64,000 nt of DNA from an uncultured virus (IMG/VR IMGVR_UViG_3300025922_000001) (lineage: Duplodnaviria > Heunggongvirae > Uroviricota > Caudoviricetes). The stretch lies in the IMG/VR virus record IMGVR_UViG_3300025922_000001. One strand, written 5' to 3'. The translations under genes were made by a program, and so were the position numbers. The notes beneath the pieces are model-generated. The model was not told the origin of the DNA. It saw nothing but the letters and a program-made list of their open reading frames with translations, and made no database searches. How positions within the stretch are numbered: the first letter of the stretch is position 1; each line of letters begins with the position of its first letter. Shown piece after piece: positions 51,771 through 62,492 of this stretch.

Positions 51771-51820
51771 GGCCGAAACGTCGGGAGACGTCGCAGCGTG
51801 ACGCGCTGCCTGATGAGGCC
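51771..51820 (+). ncRNA. hammerhead ribozyme 7 (type II), cleavage after C51792
   Basis: GGCC-GAAA-CGTC-ggga-GACG-TC / GCAGCG-tgacg-CGCTGC / CTGATGA-GGCC. Confidence 0.92.
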
Positions 51821-51838
51821 AAGAGTGAGGATAGACCG

Positions 51839-52294
51839 ATGACCGATGTTGCGGAAACCTTCATCGAAATCCTGAAGAAAGCGCGTGTGGAGTTGACCAC
51901 GGGCTTGGGTAAGGACTTGCCTGCGGGCGATGGGTTCGAGACGAGGGAAGCGCTCGAAGCACGCGTTTCCGAGATCGAGACGGAGATCGTGGTCCCGTTG
52001 CGTGCACTCATCGATGATCTCACGGAATACGTCCACGAGGTGAGTGGCAAGTGCGATGATGTTGCCACGGCGGTGGAAAGTGCTGACACTGCGTCCGATG
52101 AGTTCGACACAGCGAACGAAGCACGTGAAGAATTCGACGGCGATGACGAGAGCGACGAATTCGAAGAGCTTGACAACGAGGTCACCCGCACCGAACGCGC
52201 GATGGAAGAGGCGGACGAGGAATTGTCCGGCTATCGTGACGAGCTCATCGACGCCATCGCACAGCTCGTCGAGTTGATTGGCGGGGGCGAGTAA
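51839..52294 (+). CDS. highly acidic coiled-coil protein
   Basis: Asp/Glu-rich helical ORF directly after hammerhead 7. Confidence 0.65.
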   Translation: MTDVAETFIEILKKARVELTTGLGKDLPAGDGFETREALEARVSEIETEIVVPLRALIDDLTEYVHEVSGKCDDVATAVESADTASDEFDTANEAREEFDGDDESDEFEELDNEVTRTERAMEEADEELSGYRDELIDAIAQLVELIGGGE

Positions 52295-53023
52295 TGGGCA
52301 CCACGCAGATCGGCACGGTTGATGTGCTCTTCCCTCGCACGTACAGCCTCGACCCCACTTCGACGAGTAACGACGGCGCCGCTGTTCTCGTACAGCCGGG
52401 TTCGTACCCTGTGTACAGCGACGGATGGTCGCACTACTGGCTGATGACCGGTAAAATCAATCACGCCGGAATGCACCGGCTCGGTGATGGTGCATTCACT
52501 CATCACGCCGGTGACTGGATTGATGAAACGTCGCCTGATGTTACGTTCATGTCGGGTGTCTTCGGTCCAGATGAATTCGCCGACTTTCTCGATAACGACC
52601 CGGTGTGCCAGCCTGGTGCTGCGCAACGCCTCGTGTTTCACGTGGAGCGACCCGATGAAGAGAAGAACGAGGAGGGAGAGTGAAGGGCACCCACATCAGA
52701 AAGATCCTCGCCCGACACGAGCGCGTGGTCTCGAAGTTCGGCGATGAGGCACGGGTGCGACGCATGCTCTTCCGCGCGGTGCCGAACATCCTCGCGCGTG
52801 ATGCATCAAACCGGGCAAACGATCTCATCCGCTTGCTTAACGATGTGCCGGCGCTCATCGAGGATATCTACGAGTTGCGCGCCGAGCGCGCGAGGCTCAG
52901 CCGAGAGCTTCGTGAGCTACGTGCACAGGTGGACAACACGATCATCGAAGATGATGGCGTGGAAGTCGAGCGCGAGCCTGGCATCGGCGATGTTCTCCAA
53001 GCAATGGGTTACCTCGACTGAAA

Positions 53024-53073
53024 GGACGAAACCCCGGGAGGGGTCGGCACGTGATGCGTGTCCTGACGAGTCC
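53024..53073 (+). ncRNA. hammerhead ribozyme 8 (type II), cleavage after C53045
   Basis: GGAC-GAAA-CCCC-ggga-GGGG-TC / GGCACG-tgatg-CGTGTC / CTGACGA-GTCC. Confidence 0.92.
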
Positions 53074-53575
53074 GGAGGAGAGCACCATGTCCGTGAAGGC
53101 CACATTGATCGTGCAGACAAATGATCACGCAGAGGGGAGCGTGCGGATGGAGCGCACCATTGAACGCGGTGGTGATAACTATCGCTTCTACCCGAGTGAG
53201 GCCGTGGCCGCAGCCATTGATCTCGCCGAGTGGGCGAGCGACCAGCTGACGAGGCTTGCCGGCGGCAGGGCCAACACGCTCTCTGACGTGGGTGTGAGGA
53301 CACTAGCCAACGATGAAGAGCTGCTGACGCTGCGCTTGGTCGAGCAGTCATACAGGCGCCTCACGACCGGGGACAGCGTGTACGTCAGCGCTGAACAGGT
53401 CAAGGAGTGGCGTCGGCGCGACGCTCGTCTGACGGCCATGGAAGCCGCGGGCGTGGACAACTGGGAAGGAATGGACCACGTCGTCTTCTCGGAGGACTGA
53501 GGCGTTGTTTGCATAACGACTTGGGTCCTGATAAGATTACCTTGTAAGCGAAACCAAAACAAGGAGTGGTATTCG

Positions 53576-53809
53576 GTGAAGGTTTTCCTCACTGGACTCG
53601 CGGTCATTGCCGCGCTGGCGGGCGTTACTGCCTGCGAGGGTACTCGTACGCACGTCACTGACAAGAAGGGCGCAGTCAACGAAGCGCTTTGCTCGGGTAG
53701 CACGCCGTACATCATGTTCACCAAGACGGGCGACGCGGGCGAGATGGTCGTCTGCGTGACCCAAGCAACGTACGACAAGTACAAGATCGGGGACGTGTAC
53801 AGGGGCTGA
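53576..53809 (+). CDS. small lipoprotein
   Basis: VTAC lipobox; CV....YDKYKIGD.Y. Confidence 0.65.
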   Translation: MKVFLTGLAVIAALAGVTACEGTRTHVTDKKGAVNEALCSGSTPYIMFTKTGDAGEMVVCVTQATYDKYKIGDVYRG

Positions 53810-53901
53810 TGAAGTGGGTCGCCGTCACATTCGTGGCGGCGACCCATTCACGTGAAGTTGCACTAGCATCTCGATCCGTGCTTGACAAGCTAGGAGAGTA
53901 A

Positions 53902-54156
53902 GTGCACTTACGAGTTATGTACACCGCCGTCATCGTCGCGATGGCTCTTGCCGGTTGCGCGAAAGCGGTGACAGGCGTCGTGATCGAAAAGCATGACGCG
54001 CGCTCGGGCGTTCCGCAAGTGTTCAACTGTGCGAAGACCGAGTGGCTGCTTGTGATCGATCAGGGCGAGCGCACCAAGGCGTCCGATCGGTTCAAGAAGA
54101 AGTGCGTGTCGTTCACCGTCGCAACACAGTACGAGATCGGCAAGAAGTACCCGTAA
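53902..54156 (+). CDS. small lipoprotein (paralogue of 53576-53809)
   Basis: LAGC lipobox; CV.......YEIG..YP. Confidence 0.65.
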   Translation: MHLRVMYTAVIVAMALAGCAKAVTGVVIEKHDARSGVPQVFNCAKTEWLLVIDQGERTKASDRFKKKCVSFTVATQYEIGKKYP

Positions 54157-54162
54157 ATTACA

Positions 54163-54212
54163 GTCCGAAACGCCGGGAGGCGTCCGTGAGTAAGTCTCAC
54201 GCTGATGAGGAC
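54163..54212 (+). ncRNA. hammerhead ribozyme 9 (type II), cleavage after C54184
   Basis: GTCC-GAAA-CGCC-ggga-GGCG-TC / CGTGAG-taagt-CTCACG / CTGATGA-GGAC. Confidence 0.92.
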
Positions 54213-57209
54213 ATCGGAATGAGGAGAGCATGAGTGTAAAGAAGTGTCGTTCATGCGCTCGTGAAATCGGCGGTGACGCTGGCATGACCGACGCGGGTCG
54301 TGACTTGTGCACGACGTGCCACAGTCGGCATTTGAACGACGACGCACTCGCTGATTTTCCACGTAAGACGTGGAAGGCGGAAGATCTTGTTGCTGAAGCA
54401 GATCTTCTTTTCTCAGCAGGAGTCAGCCGTGAAGAGATTGCCGAGCGCCTTGGTGTGAAGTGGGTCAGCATCATGTCGGCGAAACGACGTCTGCGCGCAC
54501 GCGCTGAGAATAAAACCAAGGATGAAGCCATGACAGGTCCTGACGATAAGGTGTACGTCGAGCACGAGAAACTCGCTAAGATTGCACCGCTTTCACAGGC
54601 AATCGGCGAGTTTCTTGAGTGTCTTGAGACACAAGGCGTGCGCCTGATGCGCTGGACCGAGACGATCGATATCGAGGCATGCGATGGCACGATGATGGAC
54701 ACGTGTCGAGGTGAAGCATGCCAGACATGCGGTGGCGCTAACGTCGTTGAGGTGAAGCGTTCAGGTTGGGCGCCCTACGGCGTTAGCATTGCCACCATGC
54801 TTGCTCAGCACTTCGAGATCGATCAGACGAAGATCGAGACCGAGAAGCGTGAGATGCTGGAAGATCTTCGTAAACGAAATGGAGGATGAAGATCCAGTGA
54901 GAGAGATCAAGAAAACCGCCAATGCGATCGACGCCATCACGCTGGCGTACAACGTTGGGCCGGGTGAGGACAATACACCACGCGCGATTTACTGGGCGCC
55001 GGGTGATTACACTCGGTACGTCGTTGCATTGTTGAGGATGCAACCACTTGAGCAGACCGTCGAACCAGTGCCGAGAATGACGTTCCTGTTCGTCAATTCG
55101 GCCGGCCTCAACCTCGTCATCCCTGAGCCTCAGAATGAATACGTGATGTACTCGGTCGAGTACTTCTTCGCGAAGTTCGGAGAGCGTTACATGGGGTGGT
55201 GGAGCGGCGTACGGCCACTGCTCGCCGGTCTCGGCTGGACCCCGCCGGGCGAACGCAATACCGAATTCACGGTCAGTGACGCCTCTCGAATCGGTGACCT
55301 GCTTCGTCGGCACTGAGAGAGGTTCACGTAGTAGGGTCGATACACGCGCTCGACAATAAGATGCGAGGAGAGCACAATGGTATCACGTAGAGAACGACTC
55401 GAGATTCGGATGGCGGTGTTGTCCGAACAGTTAGGAGCGATGGCCGAGGAAGTCGGCAAGCTCAAGAATCGCCCGGCCGAACCGAGGTCGGATACGATTC
55501 GGTTCACGAAGAGGTTCCGTGACAACGGCAAGTCGTACAACTACGTCGCCCGACGTGGTTTTGAGAGTGACATGTGGTTCGTCTCAGGCCGTGCCAACAT
55601 GGGCCAGAAGACGTGGGACGAGCTGCTCGACTTCATCGAATCTGACGACCCGAACGCGCTTGCCACCGTTGAGGTGGCAACGAGGTGGAAGACGTGGGTG
55701 GCGGAATGAGTGTTCCCGTTCCTGGCTTCGAGGATTACCCCGAACACCTTCGACCTGAGTTGACCGAGCGCGGTTTCAAGCACATGCCGGCGCTCAGCGT
55801 TAGCTACGATGGTCGCATCGCGGTGTACGAATCGTCGGCTGCCGACTCGCCGCACGTGTGGCTGAACGGTGTGATGAAGAAGCACCCGGGTGATCCTCGC
55901 AGCGAGAAGATCTCGGTGTCGATGCACATCGAACTCGATGACGTCGATCGTCTCATCGATCAACTGAAGTGGTTGCGTGACAATCACTACCAGCGTCCAG
56001 AGGGTGAACGCGTGTGTGCTGTCGACGGTGAACCACCGTGGTGGCATCAATAGGCCATGAGGATGAAGAGGTCGAGCGAGTCGTCCGGTTGATGGACGCG
56101 CTCGCTCGTCCCTTCTTCGTCCTCCGAGCCGCACAAGGTTTGCTGGCATCGAAGCCTACATGGGATACCACAGCGGACATCGCGAGGCGTCGAGGGGCTG
56201 CCGCGAGGCGTGAGAGGGCAGTCACCGAGATTACTGAGATCATCAACAAGTACGTACGAGAGGAGTGAGGATGCCCACCGCGAAGCAACTTAAGGAGTAC
56301 CGGCTGGAGCTCACCGGACTCATTCCGTGGGTGTCCATCCTTAAGCGTCCCAGGGCGCAGTGCACCGGGTATCGTGACCGGCCGATGAAGGCGAGATTTG
56401 GGCCCCTCGCTGAAACGCTCAAAGAAAAGTACCGCTGTAAGAACAAGGGTAAGTTTCGCTTCCGTGGGCTTAAGCGTGAAGGCGGCGGGATCGACGGAGT
56501 TTACTGCGAGCAGCACCTCCGAACACGAGGTATCTTTTACTCGATGGAAGAGGACGAGCGCTTTCGCAATTGGTGCGAAAAGAACATCGACATGCTCAAT
56601 CCGATTCGCGTGAAGTACGGACTTGAGCCCATGCTTCAAGAGAGGAGGCTAGCAGATGGAAACCGACGTCGTGCATGAGCCTGTCATCGATGTTGATCGA
56701 CTGCGTGCGTTGCTCGAGCACCTCACTGCACATCCTGAGATGCATGATCAGCGTGAGTGGGCCATTCACACGCAGCGTGGCAATCGCCCGTGTATGACTG
56801 CGCACTGCGCGGCCGGCTGGACCGTCGCACTCGATGATCGATACTCGATTGTTTGGCACCCTATCGATGATGTAACAAGCTTTGGTATTCATGCGATCAC
56901 ACCGAGTGGCACAACGCGAGTCATTCGCTACATCGCGCAAGAGCTGCTTGGTTTTGAGTCATGGCATGCAGCGACGTTTTTCTGCGCGTCGAATTCGCTT
57001 CACGACCTGTGGGGCTACGCTAACACCTGGACTAACGGCGCGATTCAGATTCCTGATAGCGTCACTGAATTCGGTGACCAAATCTGACTTGACATCGGTG
57101 CGTCAAAACGTGGACCACGAAGAGTACCGCACGTAAAGGTTCGATCGGGGGACATCACTTATCCTCTGCCATGAGAGTTCCTGCGTGACCGATGTTGCCG
57201 AGAGCGGGT

Positions 57210-57248
57210 CATAGGTGGCGGGCAAGCCTGTGACTCGCTCTCATTTTA
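57210..57248 (+). terminator. intrinsic terminator
   Basis: GAGAGCGGGTCATAGGT...GCCTGTGACTCGCTCTC-ATTTT. Confidence 0.6.
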
Positions 57249-58704
57249 TGATATAATTGATCTTAGGAGATCTTGTGCCAAAACTCAAATTGGAACAGCC
57301 GTTGATCTTTAACGCGTTGATGACTGAAGCAGAATGCTGGGAAGGCGGATTCAACGTGCACACGCCTGACAGCATTCCGCCTACGTTCATCGGCGACCTG
57401 CTAGACCTGCACTTTCCAGATCGTGACAAGGCTGAGCGTCTTGAGCCTGTCACCGATGAGGACATCTTCCATGATCTTCTCGTTGGTGAATATGTCACCC
57501 CACTCGACACCGTTGTCGTTCTTGAGCACCACAATGTTAGGACGCAAGGTGCGCCAGTTAAGGCACCAGCTGAGTCCACGTCGTTCATCTCGTTGAAGAG
57601 TGCGTTTATCGGTTTGCCCGATGATGTACGTGACTACACCATCCTGCCCACTCCTAAAGCTGAGGACACGTCGAGCTAAAATGTCGCTCGCATTCCGGGT
57701 AATCATTGCCATCACTTCGTTGCTCATTTTCGTGATTACCGGAATCCTCTGGATGTACACGTGATACATACACTTTAGACATCACGTGTAGTATGTGTTG
57801 GATATACTTAGGAAAGCAGGAAACGTCAGGAACATAGGGAAAGCAAGTGAGGAGAAGTCCAGTGGGTTGGATGGACGCTGAGATCGCAGAGCATCGTGCG
57901 TATAAGAACGAATTGGAAGCCCGTCGAATGCAGCAGGTCACAACGCATGATGGTGAGCCCGAGCTGTGGTTTGATGTTGTGTTCTCGGTCGCCGGAATCA
58001 ATGACATTCCATTGCCGTGGAAGGGCGTCGACTACGAAGATGCTCTGAGGAGCTTTAAGATCTGGCTCGCGACGGTAGAAGATCCTGAGGTGGATGGTAC
58101 GATTCCATGGCACACCATTTCAGTGGTCATCGATGGTGCTGAGCGAGTGTTCACTTTTCGCGGTGACTGGGTTGCCGGCTTCAAGATGAAGTGGAAGGGA
58201 CGGGCACGTGCCTAAATTCACGGTGTACTTCACCACAACCGCAAGTGCGTCTGTGGAAGTGGAGATTCCACAGGAAACGATCGATGAAGAGGGTGTGTAC
58301 GTCGCAGTCGCTAGTCTTGTTGAGAGCGGCTTGATCGACACGCCTGACATCTGCGCTCGGTGTGGCGGCTGGGGTCACACGTACAGTCTTGAGCTCAATG
58401 GTGAGTGGGACACAAACAACGTCACTGACGAAGACGATAAGGTGGTGTGGGGTGAAGGTCAAGAAGACTAGCACGTACATTTCCGGCTTCTGCAATAGCA
58501 CTGCGAAGGGTGCGCACGATCGCTGTGGTCGGTTTTCACTGCCCAATGGCATGACGTGCAGGTGCCGCTGTCACCTCTCTCAGGGGGTTAAGGAGGCGAC
58601 TGGTAATTTCCCTAGTGGGGAAGCTGTTGACGGCCAGACGGAGGCGACAGCGGCAGATAGCGACGGCTGACGGCCAGTCGGTCGAAGGTCCAGGAGGTTA
58701 GGAA

Positions 58705-58896
58705 ATGCTTAAGACTTTGTTCTCCCCGGAGTCAACCAAGGCGTGGATCGCTGCCGCTGGTGCGCTCATTTCAGCACTCGTGATGGGGAGTCAGGATCAG
58801 GTGATCGACCTCACGGATTGGCTGACCGCAGCCGGCGCATTCATCGTTACCTTGGGCGCTGTGTTCGGTATTCCCAATCGAGACCCTGAGAAGTGA
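58705..58896 (+). CDS. holin-like 2-TM protein
   Basis: KAWIAA.GA.......I...DWL.......LGAVFGIPN pattern of actinophage holins. Confidence 0.65.
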   Translation: MLKTLFSPESTKAWIAAAGALISALVMGSQDQVIDLTDWLTAAGAFIVTLGAVFGIPNRDPEK

Positions 58897-59525
58897 GACT
58901 CATGGCAGCAACGATCGCCGTTTGTATTCCCACGATTCCTAGTCGGGAGGAGATGCTCGAGCGGGCCGTTCGGTCAGTGCAAACACAAACACGTCAAGCC
59001 GACGAGATCATCGTTCGTGTCGACACCGAAGGTCTTGGCGCGGCGAAGAATCGCAACATGGCGTGGCAGCTCTCGCATCCTGACACCGACTGGATCGCCT
59101 TCGTCGATGACGATGATGTCATCTACCCCAATCATCTCGAGTTCCTGCTTCAGACCGCCGAGGCAACGGGTGCCGACCTGGTGTACCCATGGTTCGACTT
59201 GTGGGAAGGGCCGGACCCGCTCTCGGTTCTCCACAACGGGAAGTACGTCTCGCCCCTTGGTGTTCCATTCGGTGATGATGCCGCCCGGTACATCATGACC
59301 GAAGGCAACTTCATTCCCATCACCGTTCTTGTGAAGCGCTCCATGCTTGAGAAGGTTGGTGGCTTCCCGCAGCCTGGCACGGAAGAGTGGCCAAACGAAA
59401 TCAACGAGGACTGGGGCTGCTGGCAGAAGATGTTGCGCGAGGGCGCGAAGTTTGTACACGCACCCAAGCGCACGTGGCGCTGGATCTGGCATGGAAACCA
59501 CACCAGCGGTAGGGCCTGGAAGTAA
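58893..59525 (+). CDS. GT2-family glycosyltransferase
   Basis: VCIPT, SV..QT, G.A.NRN, IAFVDDDD, GGF, EDW. Confidence 0.9.
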   Translation: MRLMAATIAVCIPTIPSREEMLERAVRSVQTQTRQADEIIVRVDTEGLGAAKNRNMAWQLSHPDTDWIAFVDDDDVIYPNHLEFLLQTAEATGADLVYPWFDLWEGPDPLSVLHNGKYVSPLGVPFGDDAARYIMTEGNFIPITVLVKRSMLEKVGGFPQPGTEEWPNEINEDWGCWQKMLREGAKFVHAPKRTWRWIWHGNHTSGRAWK

Positions 59526-59588
59526 GTTCATCTGAGTGCCCGGTTCAGCAATCCGCTGGACCGGGCACTTTCGCATCAAGGAGTAAGT

Positions 59589-60278
59589 ATGATCAGCATT
59601 CTCTGTCCCACGCGTGGTCGTCCCGAGAGCATGCAGCGCATGGTGACATCAGCACGCAAGACAGCGACAATGCCGGACGACCTGGAGTTCGTCTTCTACA
59701 TCGATGAAGACGACATGGCATCTTACGAGATGGCTGAGCGTCTTGACGTCAAGGCTGTCGTTGGTCCGCGCATCATCCTCTCGGAGATGTGGAACGCCTG
59801 CTGGATGCAGGCGAATGAGGATAGCGATATCTTCATGCATTGTGGTGACGACATCATCTTCCGATCGGAAGGCTGGGACTCACACGTGCTTGACGCGTTC
59901 GCACGCATTCCCGACAAGATCGTGCTCGTCCATGGCCGTGATGGCTATCAAGATGCGAACCTCGCCACGCACGGCTTTTATCATCGCCGCTGGACTGACG
60001 CACTAGGCTACCTGGTTCCACCATACTTCAGCTCCGACTACAACGACTCATGGAACACGGAAGTCGCTGATACGATTGGCCGGCGAACCTACCTGCACCA
60101 CGTCTACACCGAGCACATGCATCCTGTTGTGAACAAGGGGCCATGGGACACGACGCACACCGAGCGGCTCGCCCGTCATCAGCAGGACAACGTCCAGGCG
60201 ATTTACAATTCCAAGGCGCATGAGCGTATCGAGGATGCCAACAAGCTACGAGCAGCTATCGCTGCGTTCACCGTCTAG
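59589..60278 (+). CDS. GT-A glycosyltransferase
   Basis: ISILCPTRGRP, YIDEDD, GDD, Y.D, EHMHP. Confidence 0.85.
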   Translation: MISILCPTRGRPESMQRMVTSARKTATMPDDLEFVFYIDEDDMASYEMAERLDVKAVVGPRIILSEMWNACWMQANEDSDIFMHCGDDIIFRSEGWDSHVLDAFARIPDKIVLVHGRDGYQDANLATHGFYHRRWTDALGYLVPPYFSSDYNDSWNTEVADTIGRRTYLHHVYTEHMHPVVNKGPWDTTHTERLARHQQDNVQAIYNSKAHERIEDANKLRAAIAAFTV

Positions 60279-60280
60279 GA

Positions 60281-60937
60281 GTGCGTGTGTCGCCTAAGTG
60301 GAACATCCTGATTGCGACTCTTGGACAGCGAGGTGATCGGTTTAAGCGTCTTACTGATATCCTCATGCCGCAAGTCGACAAGTACGATGGTGATGTTATC
60401 GTCACAGCACTGTGGAATAACGGTGAGCACTCGCTGTCGCACATTCGGCAATCGCTTATCGAGCGTGCTGATGGTGAGTACGTTTCGTTCATCGATGATG
60501 ACGACATCGTGCCGCACTATTTTGTCGACGAGGTTGTGAGCCGACTGGACGGTGTTGATTACGTCGGCTGGCGAATGCAGACGTACATCGACGGGAATCC
60601 ACTTAAGCCGACATACCACAGCCTGAAGTACGATCACTGGTGGGATGACCCTGAGGGTTATTACCGCGATGTAAGTCACCTTAATCCAGTGAGATTGCAG
60701 CTTGCTAGGCAGGCTGATTTTCGAAAGACTGTGCCACCTGAAGATGTTGCGTGGTGCGATCAGATGCGCGGTCTCGTCATCACCGAACACTACATCGATC
60801 GCATCATGTACGAATATTACTCGTCCAGTGGTGACAGCACATGGCAGCCGGGATCTGTGCCTGTGTCTGCGAAGCAGCACACGCGTGTTGTCGTCAATAG
60901 CCCTTACTTCTCATATCACCCGGGGAGTTCCACGTGA
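60281..60937 (+). CDS. GT2-family glycosyltransferase
   Basis: ILIAT, RQ.L...A.GEYVSFIDDDD, HLNP, ED..W. Confidence 0.85.
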   Translation: MRVSPKWNILIATLGQRGDRFKRLTDILMPQVDKYDGDVIVTALWNNGEHSLSHIRQSLIERADGEYVSFIDDDDIVPHYFVDEVVSRLDGVDYVGWRMQTYIDGNPLKPTYHSLKYDHWWDDPEGYYRDVSHLNPVRLQLARQADFRKTVPPEDVAWCDQMRGLVITEHYIDRIMYEYYSSSGDSTWQPGSVPVSAKQHTRVVVNSPYFSYHPGSST

Positions 60938-61908
60938 GAGTACTTATCACAGGCACTGCTGGATTCGTGGGGAGTCATGTCCTCGAGACGGTGTTGCAGA
61001 AGACTGATTGGGATGTCGTCTGTATTGATTCACTCAAGGCCTGGCATAATGGGAATGTCCGGTCGACGATGCAGGCTATGTCTGATTTGCGACAGGCTGG
61101 GCGTGGTGTTTCTCATATGACGCACGATCTCTCGGTGCCATTTCGCAATCAGCAATTTGACTTCATCGGTGACATTGACTACATCGTGAACATCGCGTCG
61201 ATGAGTCAGGTTGAGGCAAGCATTAAGGACCCTGTTGGCTTCATTAGCAACAATGTCCAGTTGATGCTCAACATGCTTGAATTGGCGCGTGAAACGGGAC
61301 CGCGTCGATTCATTCATATGTCAACTGACGAGGTGTACGGACGGACGTCCCCCTGCGCCCCAGCAGATCACCAGCCAAGCAGTCCGTATGCCGCCTCTAA
61401 GGCGTCTCAGGAGGACATCTGTCACTCGTACAGGCGTACGTTCCGAATTCCGGTAGCGATTGTCAACAGCGCCAATATGTTTGGTCAGAGGCAGTCTGAG
61501 CTGGCCTTCATCCCCAAGGTCGTGCGCTGGATTAGCGAGGGCACTCGAATTCCCGTGCACTATTACGCGGATTTCCCAGGTGGTCGGCATTACACTTACG
61601 TGAAGAATGTTACCGAGCACATCATTGGACTTCTCCGTGAAGACGCTGAGCACACGAGTAAGTTGTTCCAATTTCCTGAGCGTATCGTGCTCCAGGGGCA
61701 AGAGTACGTGGACAATATGTCACTCGTCAATCGCATCGGTGACATGATGGGTAAAGCACCGTACGCCATTAAACAGCGCGGTGAAGATGCACGACCGGGT
61801 TGGGATCCGAAGTACGCAGAGCTTATTCCGAATCAAGACTGGAGTCCGACCCATTCATTTGATGAGGGTCTTGAGCAGACTGTGAAGTGGCTGGTGGAGC
61901 AGCTGTGA
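60934..61908 (+). CDS. NAD-dependent NDP-sugar epimerase/4,6-dehydratase (RmlB-like)
   Basis: VLITGTAGFVGSH, STDEVYG, PSSPYAASK, RPG.D..Y. Confidence 0.9.
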   Translation: MRVLITGTAGFVGSHVLETVLQKTDWDVVCIDSLKAWHNGNVRSTMQAMSDLRQAGRGVSHMTHDLSVPFRNQQFDFIGDIDYIVNIASMSQVEASIKDPVGFISNNVQLMLNMLELARETGPRRFIHMSTDEVYGRTSPCAPADHQPSSPYAASKASQEDICHSYRRTFRIPVAIVNSANMFGQRQSELAFIPKVVRWISEGTRIPVHYYADFPGGRHYTYVKNVTEHIIGLLREDAEHTSKLFQFPERIVLQGQEYVDNMSLVNRIGDMMGKAPYAIKQRGEDARPGWDPKYAELIPNQDWSPTHSFDEGLEQTVKWLVEQL

Positions 61909-62492
61909 ATGAACATCTTTCGGACGCGATGGCGCATGCATATCGCAATAACTGGTTGAGCACGTATGATTGGGCGGGTGCGCAGGTTCGACGACAGGTG
62001 AGTCAGTACGACCCACTAGACATTCGCATCCTTGATGTTGGCGCTGGGCAGGGTAAGTATCGAGTGCTTCTTGCCGATTACCCACAGATGGATGCCATCG
62101 AGATTTTCGAGCCATACATCGAAGAACATAGGCTTCATGAATTGTATGACACTGTGTACATCGGTGATGCCGCGTATGTTGTCACGCAATTCCCCGATGG
62201 CACGCACTGGGATGTGGTCATTTTTGGCGATGTGCTTGAGCACTTGGATCTCGAGCGCGCACAGCAGATGCTGCTTGATTTTGAGCGTGTGTGCACTGAA
62301 TACTACGTGATCGTTCCCTATGATTATCCTCAGGGTGAGGAAGACGGGAACATCCATCAGCGTCACTTGCAGGATACTCTGACCCCTGCGAAGATGGTGT
62401 TTCAGTACCCCCAGCTCTCGCTGGTGGCAGTAGAGTCTACCGTTGATGGAACGCCGTTCAAGGGGCTGTACAAGAGGAGGACTAACTCGTGA
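61905..62492 (+). CDS. class I SAM-dependent methyltransferase
   Basis: ILDVGAGQGKY, AIEIFEPY, GDVLEHL. Confidence 0.85.
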   Translation: MNEHLSDAMAHAYRNNWLSTYDWAGAQVRRQVSQYDPLDIRILDVGAGQGKYRVLLADYPQMDAIEIFEPYIEEHRLHELYDTVYIGDAAYVVTQFPDGTHWDVVIFGDVLEHLDLERAQQMLLDFERVCTEYYVIVPYDYPQGEEDGNIHQRHLQDTLTPAKMVFQYPQLSLVAVESTVDGTPFKGLYKRRTNS

